In this document: positions 44,124 to 61,339 of the stretch, piece by piece | Position numbering within the stretch: position 1 is the first letter of the stretch | Layout: the number at the start of each line of letters is the position of its first letter | Source: the human T2T-CHM13v2.0 reference genome, Homo sapiens | Reading direction: 5' to 3' (one strand) | Length of the DNA stretch: 64,000 nt | Assembly (NCBI RefSeq): GCF_009914755.1 | Contig: NC_060945.1 | Made by a program: the position numbers and the translations under genes | The notes under the pieces: generated by a model | The model's database searches: none | Told to the model about the DNA's origin: nothing | Seen by the model: the letters and a program-made list of their open reading frames with translations, nothing else

Positions 44124-47108
44124 TCAATTTTTCAATTGTATTTTCACTTTTCTCTTTTTATGCCTACCTAAATTTGTTACTATAATTGAATTTGTCATTT
44201 AGGAGTGAACATTTGTTTAAGAAAATGTAATCTTTTTCATCAGCATACTCAATATTTCAATTTTCCATTATAGATTATAAGAATAAATCTTTAGGTAATA
44301 TAGGCAAACAAAATTTAATATATAGAATTAGTTTCTTACACGATTGGAGAGTTGGTGGAGCAGGTCTTGGGCTGATCTTCTAAATGATTGCTAGAACTCC
44401 TCCAGAAAAACGACAGAGCTGAGACTGTTGTTCCTTTTGCCATGACTGAGAAGCTGGAGAATCAGGATCTCCTGTGCAACCACTGGCACTAAAATTATGC
44501 TAACTTTGCTATTTGTTTTTTTCCCAGTTTCAAAGTTTATCTTATTAACTTAAAATTTAAACAAAATTGTTAGTCTAAACATCATTAAATGTACTCATGG
44601 GAAACATATTTACATAGAGAATAATAAAATAATTTTTTGTAACTTGAGGCACATTGTCCATTTTACAAATGTACTTTTAGAAAAACTGCTTTGAGAAACA
44701 ATAATTTTTTCTGTCATCCTTCATAAAAGCTAGACAAACATTTCTAATCAAATTTCTTTTTTTTTTCTACTTTGATGTGGAAGCTGGGAAGCTCGAATGT
44801 TTGCATTTTAATTTAACAATACAAAGAAAAAATTCATCTGTTTCTCTCTACATTGTTGGCCTTAGACTTACTGTAGCAGCCTCCATTCATATCTCTTACA
44901 GGGGTACCTTATAGTTTCATATCAGGTCATTCCTGTTCCTCTTTCCTTTTGTGATGCACCTCTTCTTGCTAAAGATTTTGGTCACTATCTTTTGTTTTGT
45001 GTTTACTTATTTTAGCTTGTATATAAGTTCTGTTCTACACAACATTTCTGATTTACATGGCAGGAAATGTGTGAAACAGCTTGCCACCTTCCTGACTGAT
45101 CTGGGCCTAAACTGTGCCCCTATACTGTGAATAAACAGTTGCATTCTCTAACACATATTTTATTTGATCCAAACAATACATTAGTCCAACTACCAAACAT
45201 ACATCTTAGATCCTCTGTAGCTATAACATTTTCAACAGTCATATTTATGGAATCCATCTCCCTCTGTTATGTTTTTACTGTTATCCAAATAGAGGAGATA
45301 GATATAAATGAACTCACACTGGTCAGCCAGGGACCACACAGTGGCTTAAAATATCTTAATCCAGGTATCTGCAGACTAACCCTAACCTAACAGTGAGTTG
45401 CTACCTTTGTTTTTTTTTTTCCTCTAAGCATTAAAATACTTCTGTCATAGCTGCTTGCTTCTTGATCATAGGATCTCAGCCATGGTTCATATTTGAATAA
45501 CACAGAATGTCGGCCACAGAACTAAGGACTGGACATTTGGTCCTTTGTGACTGTTGTTACAGGAAAGTAAATGGTTTTGTTACATTGCTTGTCAGGAAAA
45601 AGAATAGGAAGGCACCTTCTATCTCAGGCTCTTTTCCTTAAAGAAGGTAGGTTTAATGTAAAACCTGAATTGTGAGTAAGCCTGGGGATATCATTTTTAG
45701 CTGTTCCAAATTGAGCAAGTACTTAGTCAAACTACCAGAGTTTTGGAATATGCCTGAGTAAGCCAGTCTGAAATAGCCGATGGTCCAGCTTAAGACTATT
45801 CAATATCCATGCACCTGCCTTTTCTAAAGCTTAAACTTCAAAAGAGTAACAGTAACAAGTACATGATCCTGTCAAATATAATTCAAATATATGTTGCACA
45901 AATTAAAATGCAGTGGTCTTATCCAAAATAGGTATCCATGATATTCACTCCTCTTCAGCTTCAGTCTCAACTATGTCTTAATATCCTGAAATAAGATAAC
46001 AAATTATGAAGTTATTCAAACCAGCCTACCCTAAAAATGATGGGAAAAATGGAAGATAATAAGACAAACAATTATATACATGACAATGCAGAAGAGAAGA
46101 AAACCCAAGAATGTATTACATACTTAATTTTATAACTGATCATGGAACTGTGGATGGTATTTGTACCATTCTTTTTATATTATTCATTCCACACTTCTCT
46201 ATAGTATCCTAAATTATCCAAGTTTCCACAGCAAGAGCCCACTCTTCATGAACAGTGACCTTAGTTGTCTTGTCAAATTGGAGTTGTTTTAATCTTCCCT
46301 TAATGTTTACCACTTGACAGAAAATCCAAAAGGCATTTGAGGAGTCCAACTCCAGGCAGAAACCCTATGTGTAATCTTTCAGGCCTAACCATAGGCCATG
46401 ACAATGGCTTTACCTGGCAGGCCTCACTAGAGAAAGATACTCTCCCTATACCAGAATTGGCAAACAGCCAGTGCATTACAATGTCTAATGGGAGCTGCAG
46501 TCTAGGACTCATTCCCCGCTAGCCAACCATCCTCCTGTGCATGTCTGCCATTCAAGTCTCAGGCACCCCCATCTGAGCTATCCTTATTAGGGACCCTCAA
46601 TATAAAACCTTTGCAGAGAACTCCTTATGATAGGGAGAGAGGGATAAGGGAGAGGAGAAAGGGGAAACCTTGAAATCATTATTCTCTATTCTGAATCAGA
46701 ACTCAGTATTTTCCCATTCTTAGCGCTTCCTCCTCTTTCTGTCCCAAGGACCCAGGTCCATAAGATGAAAGGAGCTTTTTGTTCATGGCTCCTTGGTCAA
46801 AAGATCCTTGCTGAGAAAATTCCCACATCTGCATTTGTGCTGATCTACATGACCTTGGCCTGGAGCTGTTTCATGGGACAAAATGGAACATTGGAGGAGC
46901 TAGCGATCTTTCCTCTTTAGTTTCTTGCTTAAACTATCTCAGTTAGTAAAGATTTGACTGTTACTGTCATTTTGGCTTATTGTTTTAATTAGCTATTTCA
47001 ACTCCATGGCAGCTTAGCTCTTTACAGCATTCTGGAAAGTACATAGGATTCTAGACATTTTTACTGCTTTTGTTATATGAATTACATGTCTTCATAATAA
47101 GGAATTAA

Positions 47109-47409
47109 GGCTGGGAGTGGTCACTTGTAATCACAACACTTTGGGAGGCCAAGGCGGGTGGATCAACTGACTTCAGGAGTTTGAGACCAGCCTGGCCAAC
47201 GTGGTGAGAGAAATCCCATCTCTACTAAAAACGCAAAAATTAGCCAGGCATGGTAAAGTGCGCCTGTAGTCCCAGCTACTCAGGAGGCTGAGGCGGGAGA
47301 ATCACTTGAACCCGGGAGGCGAAGGTTGCAGTGAGCCGAGATGATAGTGCCATTTCACTCCAGCTTGGACGACAGAGCAAGACTCTGTCTCAATAACAAT
47401 AACAAGAAT
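47109..47409 (+). mobile_element. AluS
   Basis: Dimeric Alu with an (AATAAC)-like tail. TSD AATAAGGA(A/T)TTAA on both sides. Confidence 0.93.
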
Positions 47410-47484
47410 AATAAGGATTTAATATCCAAACCATTCTTGTAACATATTTAATATTGCCATTCAGTGGTAAATAAAAATAATATA

Positions 47485-49827
<2,343 letters not shown>

Positions 49828-50294
49828 TACTTATAAGTGAATCCTCTGTCATTACTATAGTTCAGGTCACCTTAAGTTTCTTCTTGGACTTGCCAATGAA
49901 CTGTGGAATTAAGAAGCTCTCTGCCTACAGTCTTGTTTATCTATTGTAATCTGTTTCTTGTAGTCCCTATTTTAGATCTCATTAATGTCTTGTCACTTCC
50001 ATTAGAATAAATTATAAACACTTTGGATGGCCTGAAGACATTTGTAATTTATCCTAAACTCATCTCTACTCTCATCGCTTGACATCTCCCTCTTCTACCC
50101 ACACATATATATTTAAGCCCACGTAATTACTGCAATTACCCCAAATTCTGTACTTCTCACCAGTGTCTTGCAAAACCCACTCCAACTAACTAATAAGACT
50201 TTTCATTTAACTCTCCAGTTGTAGTTGATATTCTAGTTTCAAACTCTATTTTCTGTGTGAAGGCTGCACTGATATCACAATTTTGTTTCTTCAG

Positions 50295-50612
50295 TGTGAG
50301 CATTGGCAGCCTGTGGCCTATGGTTTTGGTACAGCCTGCAAGGTAATAATGGTTTTTAGAGATTTAAATGATTGAAACAATTTTTTAAAATAACATTTTG
50401 TAGCATATAACGATTGCATAAAGTAAAAACTGCAGTGTTTTCATAAATAACAAGGTTTTTTTTTTGGACACAAGATCATTCACTTACAGGTGGTCTATAG
50501 ATGTTTTCAGGCTATTATGTCAGAGTTGAGTGGTTGCAACAGAAACTGTATGATTGTCAAAGCCTAACATACTTAAAATCTGACGCTTTGTAGAAAAAGC
50601 TAACATTTGATC
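50295..50612 (+). mobile_element. MER58-like hAT-Charlie non-autonomous DNA transposon
   Basis: GGCAGCCTGTGGCC...CAGAGTTGAGTGGTTGCAACAGAAAC...AAAGCCTAA...TTTGTAGAAAAAG. Strand assignment is nominal. Confidence 0.7.
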
Positions 50613-51405
50613 TAAAGTTTTCTGTAAAGATACATCTACATTATGTTTATCGTAATTTATATTTATTTATCTGCCTACTGGTTGCAGTTTTGAAAAACTA
50701 TAATCTTCCAGAAAATAGAAACTATAATATTTTTAATTAGACCTCAAGCAAAATTATTTTAAAATGTGGTCTCAATTTTTAAGAAAGTGGGGAAGAATGC
50801 TTTTTTTTCTTTTGTTAAACTTCTTTGCTTCCAGTCCAAGAAGTGACTGTCATTTATTTTTATCTTATTGCTTCCTTTCTCATATTAGCTTGATAAGAAG
50901 TAATGAAATAATATTCAGGTTTCTTAGTAGAGTCATGTTGTAAACATAGCTTTTTTTTCTAGCCACTCTCGAAAAATGGAAAGCCTCTGCTTTATGAGTC
51001 ACCTAATTAATGACATTGAATTATCTAGTAAGTGGACTCTTCAGTTTAATTAAATATCTTCATTAACTTTTCACTGCTTTTAAAAATAACATTTACACAT
51101 TTATGCAAATAGGTTCATCATGTGTCCTTAATCAGTTATTTAGCTTTGGTGCAGAGTTAATAATTCCAATATTTGTTCAAACTGAAGAAAATACAGGACT
51201 CAAAAAAGAAAGGATATTTTTATTCAGGTTTTGAGAAAATCACAAGTAAAACCCCCAACTTATTTATCAATAATTGTATGTTATATACATTTCCATATTT
51301 ACAATTTTGATAAAATAGTTATAATTAATATTTATCTTTAATAATTTAAATATTAGTTATGTATTTATTGGCTCATATTATTTAAATTATATATATATTT
51401 ATATC

Positions 51406-52878
51406 ATTTGCAGTCTGACAATGCAATAGAAAAAAAAACAAAACATTTTCTGAGAAGAAATTCAAGCCAGCTGCAGAAATGTGCATAAGTAACAAGAAGC
51501 CAAATCCTAATCATGAAGACAATGGGAAAAATGTCTCTAGGCCATGTCCTAGGTCTTCACAGCAGCCCCTCCCATCACAGACCCAGAGGCCTAGGAGGAA
51601 AAAATGTTCTCTGGGGACAGGCCCAGGGCCCCTCTCTGTGTGCAGTCTAGGGACTTGGTGCTCTACATCCCAGCCACTCCAGCTGTGACTAAAAGGGACC
51701 AAGGTGCAGCTTGGGCCATGGTGTCAGAGGTTGCAAGCCCCAAGCCTTGGCAGCATCCATGTGGAGTTGAGCCTGCATGTGCACAGAAGTCAAGAAGCAA
51801 GGCTTGGGAGCCTCAGCCTAGATTTCAGAGGATGTATGGAAATGCCTGGATGTCCAGGAAGAAGTTTACTGTGGGGGAGAGGGGGTGATCATGGAGAGCC
51901 TCTGCTAAGGAAGTGGGGAAGGGAAATGTGGGGTTGGAGCCCCACACAGAGTCCCCACTGAGGCGCTGCCTGTGTGAGAAGAGGACCACCATCTTCAAGA
52001 CCCCAGAATGGTAAATCCACTCACAGCTTGCATATGCACCTAAAAAAAACCTCAGATGCTCAACACCAGCCTGTGAAAGCAGCTAGGTGGGAACCGTACC
52101 TTTCAAAGCCACAGGGGCAGAGCTGCCCAAGGCCATGGGAGCCCACGTCTTGCATCAGCATGACCTGGATGTTAGACATGGAGTCAAAGGAGATCATTTT
52201 GAAGCGTTAAGATTCAACTGCCTTGCTGGAGTTTGGACTTGCATGGGGCCTGTAACCCCTTTGTTTTGGCCAATTTGTCCTGTTTGGAATGGGTATAGTT
52301 ACCCAATGCCTGTACCCCCATAGTATCAAGAAAGTAACTAACTTTCTTTTGATTTTACAGGCTTATAGGTGGAAGGGACTTGTCTCAGATGAGACTTTGG
52401 ACTGTGGACTTCTGAGTTAATGCTGAAATGAATTAAGACTTGAGGAACTGTTGGGAAGGTATGATTGGTTTTGAAACTTGAGGACACAACATTTAGAGGG
52501 GACACAGGCAAAATAATATGGGTTGGCTCTGTGTCCCCACCCAAATCTCATCTTGAATTGTAGCTCCCATAATTGCCATGTGTTATGGAAGGACCTAGTG
52601 GGACATAATTGAATCATGGAGGCAGTTTCCCCTATACTGTCCTTGTGGTAGTCAGTAAGTCTCACACGACCTGATGGTTTTATAAGGGGTTTCTGCTTTT
52701 GCTTGGTTCCCATTCTCTCTCTTGCCTTTTGCCATGTAAGACATGACTTTTGCCTTCCACTATGATTGTGAGGTCTCCCCAGTCATGTGGAACTGTGAGT
52801 TCATTAAACCTCTTTTTCTTTATAATTTACCCAATCTCAGGTATGTCTTTATCAGCAGTGTGAAAACAGACTAATACA
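51406..52878 (+). mobile_element. THE1 (MaLR) internal sequence plus 3' LTR (52514-52878); 5' LTR absent
   Basis: Internal GAAATTCAAGCCAGCTGCAGAAAT...CCTAGATTTCAGAGGATGTATGGAAATGCCTGGATG. LTR T(A)ATATGGGTTGGCTCTGTGTCCCCACCCAAATCTCATCTTG...GTGAAAACAGACTAATACA. Confidence 0.92.
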
Positions 52879-53082
52879 CTGTCTTTAACATTTTTTCTAT
52901 TGTTTTGACCTTGGAAACTGATGATTATTTGTCTTCAAGATGATCTTTTTGTGGAGTATCTTACTGAAGTTCTCTGTATTTCTTGAATTTGAATGTTGAC
53001 CTCTCTATCTAGGTTAGGGAAGTTCTCATGGATGATATTTTGATCCATGAGATCAAAAATATCAAAAGCCAACTTTTGCTAA

Positions 53083-53539
<457 letters not shown>

Positions 53540-54135
53540 GCCATTCTTTAAGCTCTTAGATTGTTTCCTCCACATGGTCTATTCTGCTGTTAATACTTAT
53601 GATTGCATTGTGAAATTCTTGTAGTGTTTTTCAGCTCTATCAGGTTAGTTATGTTCTCTATACTGGCATTTTGTCTGCCAGGTCATGCAATGTTTTATTG
53701 TGATTTTTAGCTCTGTTGTATTGGCTTACAACATACTCCTATAGCTCTATGAATTTCATTACTGTTTATATTCTGAATGCTATTTCTGCCATTGCAGCCT
53801 CAGCCCTGTTCTGAACCCTGGCTGGAGAGGTGACGCAGTTATGTGGAGGTAGGAAGTTACTCTGGCTTTTTGAGTTTTCAGTATTCTTGCACTGATTCTT
53901 TCTCATCTTTGTGCACTTATCTAACTTCAGTCTTTGAGATTGCTTACCTTTGGACGATATTTTGTTTTCTTTCATCCTATTTGATGATGTCGAAGATTTG
54001 TTTGTGTTATAAGGTAGATTCAGCTGACTGGCTTCATTTCTGGGAGATTTTATGGCACAACACTCAGCTCCCAACTTCTGGACTGTGTGCTCTAACTCTG
54101 GGGGACTTGTATTAGGCCCCAGCTTTGTTCTCTTG

Positions 54136-54574
54136 TGTTGGGTCCATCCTGCACACTCTGGCTGAGCGACAAATGAAAAAAGTATTCAGACACAGTTATT
54201 TTGCCTGAGAATGCAGCTAGGGGACTGCACTGCTTAGCATCGCCAATGAGAGTACAGTCCCACTAAGCCAGAAAACTTTGTATTAATTTAGTACAGATTT
54301 GAAGACAAAGGCCTGGAGCAAACATAATTTGTGGGAAATTAACATTGTTGACCCCTGAGTAGAGAGCAGTCTTGCACATGAATGATCAGAGGTTGGTTTC
54401 CTGAGACATAAGTAAACCAATTTTTCTAGATATGTTTCTTTACATTCCCTTGTTATCTAACCTTTGCCCTTAAGAGAATTTAGCTGCCTTCAGCTAAATT
54501 ATTCTCCAAAGTTTTTGGCCTTCCAAAAAGGTTTGCATCTTTCCCTATAATTTTTCTTACATCTTCTCCCATCA
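54136..54574 (-). mobile_element. Solo LTR, LTR3-like (HERV-K HML-6)
   Basis: TG...CA termini and a 6-bp TSD CTCTTG / CCCTTG, typical of beta-like ERVs. The family name is from memory. Confidence 0.65.
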
Positions 54575-54578
54575 CCCT

Positions 54579-55231
54579 TGAGGCTGGAAATTAAAGAAAG
54601 AAAAGTAAAATTAAAAAGAGAAAGAAACAATCTTTCTGTATTAGGCTGACTCATCCCAAAGTCAGTAACAGGCAAAGCCCAGACCCAGGCAAAGTCTCAA
54701 TAGCATTATCTAAGAAGCTAGGGCTCAAAGAATGTGCTCTGGAGAGTCTCCCAGGGCTCCCTCAACATAGGGAGAAGAAAAACAAATTTTCCTTTCTCTT
54801 TTGCTTCTGTTATTCATCTAAGCAGCACAGTGAAGATCATGAGACACCTGAGCAGGCCTGGATTGCAGTCCCCTAGATGCCATAGCAAAGGTTATGAGAT
54901 AAGCCCATGCAAAGCACTGGAACAAGCCTAGATAACAGCTATCTGGGCTGCATAGCAAGAGTCATATGTAAGCCTGAGTTGTGAACTTGTTGTAGTATGA
55001 TTGACTGCCTTTGTTCTTCTTCTGTATCCTTGCTTTTGAATCATTATACTTTGCACCACTGTAAGCTTGTTTCAAGTTAGACCACCCCCTTTTAGAAGTG
55101 TGCATAAAAGGCAAGTGCTGTCTTTGTTCAGGGTCCAGTCTTTGGATATTAATCTGCTGGTTCTGAGTGCACTCAATAAAAATCCTTCTGTTTCACCTAC
55201 CAATCTCTCCAGTCTCCTGATTCCCACAACA
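54579..55231 (+). mobile_element. Solo ERV1 LTR (LTR15-like)
   Basis: TGAGGCTGGAAATTAAAG...CATAAAA (TATA-like)...AATAAAA...CCCACAACA. 4-bp flanks CCCT / ACCT. The family name is tentative. Confidence 0.65.
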
Positions 55232-56789
55232 ACCTGATCGATCTCTTACACTGTGGCTCCTCGAGATTTGGAGTCCACTGTGCTGGGGATAGCAAACTGC
55301 AGTACCTGCAGCAAAGTATTAGTGGATATAGGGGTGTCTGCCTCTCTGCAGGTGTTCACCACAGTATTGGAGGCAAGGCAGCTGTTGGGGGAGCAAGGGC
55401 CTTCTGCTGGAGACAGAGTGCACTGCTGCACTGTAGGTGGTGATGGCTTGGGGTGGGGTGCTGGCCAGTGGAGGTCTTGGAGCCTTATCTGTGGTCTGCA
55501 AGCAGGAGCAATTGCTCAGGTTGTGGGGGGATCCCCTGCTCTGTGTGCAGCACAGCACAAGGGCAGGGCACTGGTGTAGATGGGGCTTGATGACTCTGTG
55601 CCCAACAAGGATCCATCTGCAGTGGTGGTTGGTGGGGCTTATGGGGGGTCACACTGCATTCCCATGTGCTGTTGAAGCAAGTAAAGCCCACCCATGCAGA
55701 TATATGCCAGCAAAGTGATGTGGGGAGATGTGGGCAGTTGCTGTCTCATATCAATTTTAATAAATCTTCTGATATTGTCTCAAATCTTGGAAACCTGTGT
55801 CAGCTCAAAAAGACTTCCTTGTATAAAACTGAAATGCTTCTACCTTTAAAATGTATATGTGATAGATTATTTATTCATAGTAGTTGAATTTAATGCAATT
55901 AATGTTGTAATGAATACAGGACATATTAATATGCTAAGAGTAGACTACTTAAATGTTTGTATTTTCAGTAACTCAAATATAAGCATGTCTATAAATGAAC
56001 TAAAACAGAATTTTGCCCAAATCACTCAAAAAATTAGTTAAATTGAATATGTTTAAAATATACTTAAATACTTTGTATATAATAGATTGTCAAGTAATTA
56101 AAATAATTTACATGTTTTATTTAGTTGTCCTCAACTTTAAAAATATATATCTACATATAATTTACATTATATTACTGACCACATGGCTAAATATGATAGT
56201 TTGGCAGAAATCAATTCATATTAATTATGAAAGACCTACTTTTGGCAAAAATATTTCTCAAGTTTGATATCAATTCTGACTCTATTATTGACATTGATGT
56301 TAAATGTAAACCTCTGTCCATATTCTTCCAGGGACAGAATATCATGAATTAGCATTTTTTTTTACTTATATATCACAGTATCACATACTCAGAAAGCTGT
56401 TTTGATAAAATACAACTTTATCAGTCATTGCCCAATACTGCAATTATATGTCACAAATGTATCTGTATAACCAAACGTAACATATGCAAATTTTTTTTGC
56501 TGATTATAATTAATGAATCAACCAAATGAGAAAAAAACTCTCAATTCGATATTGACTTAAACTTTCCAATTTACTAAAAGTGTTGGTAATATTTGTTTTA
56601 AATATTTAAATGTTTGAATCATATGAATATGTTAAATGAATAAATACTAATGGTATCTTTTACAAGCGGACACTTCAACATTTTGGAGAGGTAAGTGCAT
56701 ACATATTTTTTGTGTGTTCATTCACATATAAACAATCTGTGATTAACTTTGATCATACTCCTAAAAAGACTAGGATTTTTTTCTGTTTT

Positions 56790-58800
56790 GTTTATTTTTA
56801 TATAAAATTTACATAAAATAGGGTGAACAAATTTAAGTAATATTTATAAGTTTTGACAAATGCATATACATATATAATTAAAATATAGTAATGTTTACTA
56901 TTATGTTGTAGTAACCATCATACCACAAAGTCCACTCATGTTCTTTCTCATTTAACTGCATCTCCATTCCCAAGACAACAACTATTCTATTTACAATAGA
57001 ATAGTTTTTGTCTTCCAGAAATCCATATGAATGGAACCATACAACATGTACTTTTGTGTACAGATTAGTTAAAATAATGTTTTTGATATCCATAAATGCT
57101 GTTGCATATATAAATAGTTGGTCTCTTTCAATAGGTAGGTGGTATTTTCTTGTGTGAATATACCAGATTTTTTTCTATTTGTTGTTGAACACATCAGCTT
57201 TATTATTTTGGGGTAATTAAAAGTTAATTCATTATTACAATTCTTATTCAAGTCTTTCTGTGGAGAAGAGTTTTTACTCCTTTTGAATAAGTGCTTAGGA
57301 GTGACTTGATTATAGGGAAGTTGGGTGGATGAATAATTAATTTTATAGAAAACAGCCAAATTGGTTTTCAAATAGTTGAAAATTTATTTAATTTAAATTG
57401 TCATTTTGTAAAAGTATTTTTAAACATATTTTTCTTTGGTAGGTTACAAGTGACAGTACATGTATAGTAGTTGAATATCTGCTGACATCTATATTTTTAC
57501 AAAAATAAATTCTGCTTTCATTCAAGTGCACAAATATGACCCAATAAATTTTCCTAATATCTCTTTCTAGTTAATACCTCTCATTAATGAAACAATCACT
57601 TTTCTCATATCTGCACCGTAGTTGTATCTGTTTTTGGAATTAAAACAGTATGCACTAATTTCTGCCTGGCATCTTTTGGTTCAACATGTGTTTGAGATTA
57701 ATTGTGTCATTGTGCGTATCAAAAGCTCATTAATTGTTAATTGGTGAAAGGTAATCTCTCTTGTGTGATTATGTCACACAATGTTTATCCGCTTTTCTTT
57801 GATAGACATTTAGAATTTTTCAAATTTTTGACTATCTTAAATAAAGTTTCCATATACATGTTTATACAACTTATGTTTTGGTTATGTTTTTTCTGATCGA
57901 GGGCCTGTAAACACCTTATAATGGAGTTCTTTGTCATAGTATAGGTGTATGCTTAACATTATGAGAAAACAAGACATTTCCAAAGAGTTTTCAGAAGTTT
58001 TTAAAACATTTTACATTTCTACCATCAAGGTATGAGAGTTCCAATAGCTCTAAATCCTTACAAAACTTTGTGCTGCCAGTCTCTGTCAATCTGTTAAAGA
58101 AATTTTAACGTAACTACAGTTTAATATAATGGAAGTTTTTGTTAATGTTATCTTTGTGAGTGCTGGATATTTTGTATTTCTGTACAAAATATGAGCTTTT
58201 TCTCTAGGACACAGTTAATTTGTTTAAAACCGCTTGATCCTTTTAGATACTTCTTTTATGATTTTTTGTTGCGTTCAACTCAGTACTCAGTTTAAATGTA
58301 ATTAATTTCTACCCCTGAGGCAAGACCTTTTAAATTGCTTTACCAAATGCACTGTGAATTTAGCTTTTTTCTTTCATTTGGCTGGCAAATACAGGTATAA
58401 TCCAGGTCATATGTGAATGTCAGGCACTTGTTTTTGTTGTTGTTATTGTTTGTTTGTTTTTAATCTTTGAAGATGCTTGTTTCCCTGGCAGTGAGCAGAT
58501 TACTCACATATATACACTAATCAGTATTCTGCTAAGCACTGAAAGGAGAACATCTGTAGATATCAGAGATTTCTCTCTTTGAATCTCTAGCTTCTCAGAC
58601 CTAGAAACTCTAGTTACCTTAGTCTCCTGGATTTCTTGGCTTTGTACAACTCTAGGAGCCCACTTTCTCTGCCCCACTGCTGGAAACTCTAGCCACTAAA
58701 TTAGGGCAGTAGCAGGGTTTAACTCCTTTGTTTTCTGTCTTTTGGGAATTAATTCATTCCCTCATATCCAGAGTATTGTATTTCTGTGGGTGTTTCCTTG
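56790..58800 (-). mobile_element. Ancient L1ME-type fragments
   Basis: Degenerate L1 3'-end motifs (AGTTTTGACAAATGCATATAC, CATATGAATGGAACCATACAACATGTAC, GTATGAGAGTTCCAATAGCTC). Boundaries are approximate. Confidence 0.6.
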
Positions 58801-60548
58801 ATTTTGTTTTTCAAGCAAGAAGATAAATCTAGTCTTCGGGTAGTCTTTCTTTAATAATTAGTGAGGGGTACTATTATACCTCATTACATATTTGTGTTTC
58901 TTCATTCAAAATATTTCTGTTCAGAGTAAATCCTGACATCAGAAGCAAGATATTCTGAATTATTTTAGGGTATTTTGAATTCAGGAACATTTCAAAATGG
59001 AGCAGCAGGCATGTTGATGGTATTTAACAATGTCATGTCTCATATTCTCTGAATATTGTCGAAGTGTGAAATTCTCTTAAGAGTCACTTGAGAGCATAAC
59101 AAAGCTAAGAGGTGGGCAATAAATATTAAATGTTCAAACTTGCCCTCTTCACATATTTAAACATAGCCTTTCTTTTCAGCTACTTCTAATACTCTTTTTA
59201 GAGTAAGTCATTAACTAGGAGGAATAACATCTTTGAAAAAGTGAAGCAGTGTAGGATAATGTTTCCCTTATGTTAAGTGTATCTGTTAGGTTTTCTGGTG
59301 TATTTTCAGTAGACTTCAATTAAAATATGTAAATAAAATGTTGTATAGTATCTTTCAAATATAGAATTCTGTTTTAATAAACATGTTTATCCAAACATAT
59401 CATGAAGTAATTATTATAATTAGGGTTGATCTATCTTTTCTTTATTTAATAAAATGATTAATAACATTAACTTTCTATTTTCAAAATTTAAAATATTATA
59501 TGTTAGCAGAGAGAACAATTTATAGTGATATGTACATTTTTTTCCATTAAGTACACTGGTATAGTTTAATAATAATGCCTAATAAGATCAATGGAATTAT
59601 TTCTTGTTCATTTATATGTCATTTACCTAATTATTCTCAAACTCAGAATGCAAAGGGAAATCAATTATGTTACTATGCCTTTGTCATAACTATTGCCTCA
59701 TAAATAGCATGCATTTAGCTACACACTTCATACTATTGCAATTCAAATATTGTGAAATACCAACTCAATTTACCATTGTTTTGTAATTTTTTGGAAATGA
59801 AAAATTTCTTGCCCACCTAAATGTAATCTTAACTAGAATGCTTTGGTAAACTTTCTTAACAAATTTTTCTTCATTATACTTACATGTATTTTGTGATATA
59901 ATACAATGTACATACAGTTTCAGTTATATCAGTTTTTAAGAAGATTTGTATTTTCCTCCCGATATAATGAAAATTGATTTGGCAGTGACTACTAGCATTA
60001 CAAAGGTGGTTGACATTTTAATAACTTGAATGAGAAAATCTGCAGCTCCATGTCTGTGTGTAGCAACACAAATACATTTTATCAAAAAAGAAAATAATTT
60101 GCCTGAACAGTTAACTGAAGTTAACATTATTTTTATTTTTAATCTTCAAGATTAAATCAGGATAAACAATACCACTATACTAAAAACATAATCAACATAC
60201 TTGATAGTTTTATATGTTAGGTAATAGATTTTTGATGTGAATACCTAAAATGGAAAAAAGTGAGTATTTTTAATTCTTGGATTCTAAAGCCTTTATAAGA
60301 TAAATGATTTCAAATTACTTCCTTCAAATGTAGCACAAATTTTGAACTTTATCAATTTATTTCCTTTATCTACAGAGGTGATCAAACTCTTGATTTTTTG
60401 GTTTAATCTTTACTAAAGGCTTATAGATTATATTATTTTTCTCAATTATTAAGTCTCCACTTGCATCAAAAAATGATGCATATCTACTTCTGTCAGGTAA
60501 AGGCAAATAATATTAATAGATATATAAATATTTTATAAAATCTTCTTA

Positions 60549-60860
<312 letters not shown>

Positions 60861-61339
60861 TTAGTTAGGGCTAAAGTATCTGATATTTTTCGAGAAGGTT
60901 GTTTGATCCAGAAGAAACTCAATGGTGGATAAGTGAGAAGGCAGTAGTAGAAATGTCAGGCAAAAATGGGAAGTTTTCTTGGAAATCCACTTCCTAAAAC
61001 CTGTGCTATTGTTTTAAAGGCCTGAAATATCAGAGTATGTTTAAAGCAAACGATTACTGACCCTTCTCCCTCCACTTCCAGAAAAATGTGTGGATTGCTG
61101 TCCTGAAAATGAATAAACCAGGTTAAATAGTAGAAATGGGAAAAGTTGTGATTTTGAAGTATAGTCCACAGGCTGGCTGTCACAGCAGGAAGCTACTAAT
61201 TTAATTTATATCGTTCTTAAAGTAATCTACAGAGATAACTAGTAAAGATAAAGAAAATGATTCTATATAGGAAGTCATCATTCCAGGATTTGAGGAATCC
61301 TTCCAAGTAATTTTGGCAGAAGCAGCAAGCATCATACTT

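Noticed and set aside
45376-45391. CTAACCCTAACCTAAC as interstitial telomeric sequence
   Set aside because: Fewer than three units, compatible with chance.
46300-47000. Possible old LTR
   Set aside because: The composition is LTR-like, but I could not define termini, a TSD or a family.
52770-52790. PRDM9 13-mer in the THE1 LTR
   Set aside because: The site reads TCTCCCCAGTCAT, mismatched at key positions.
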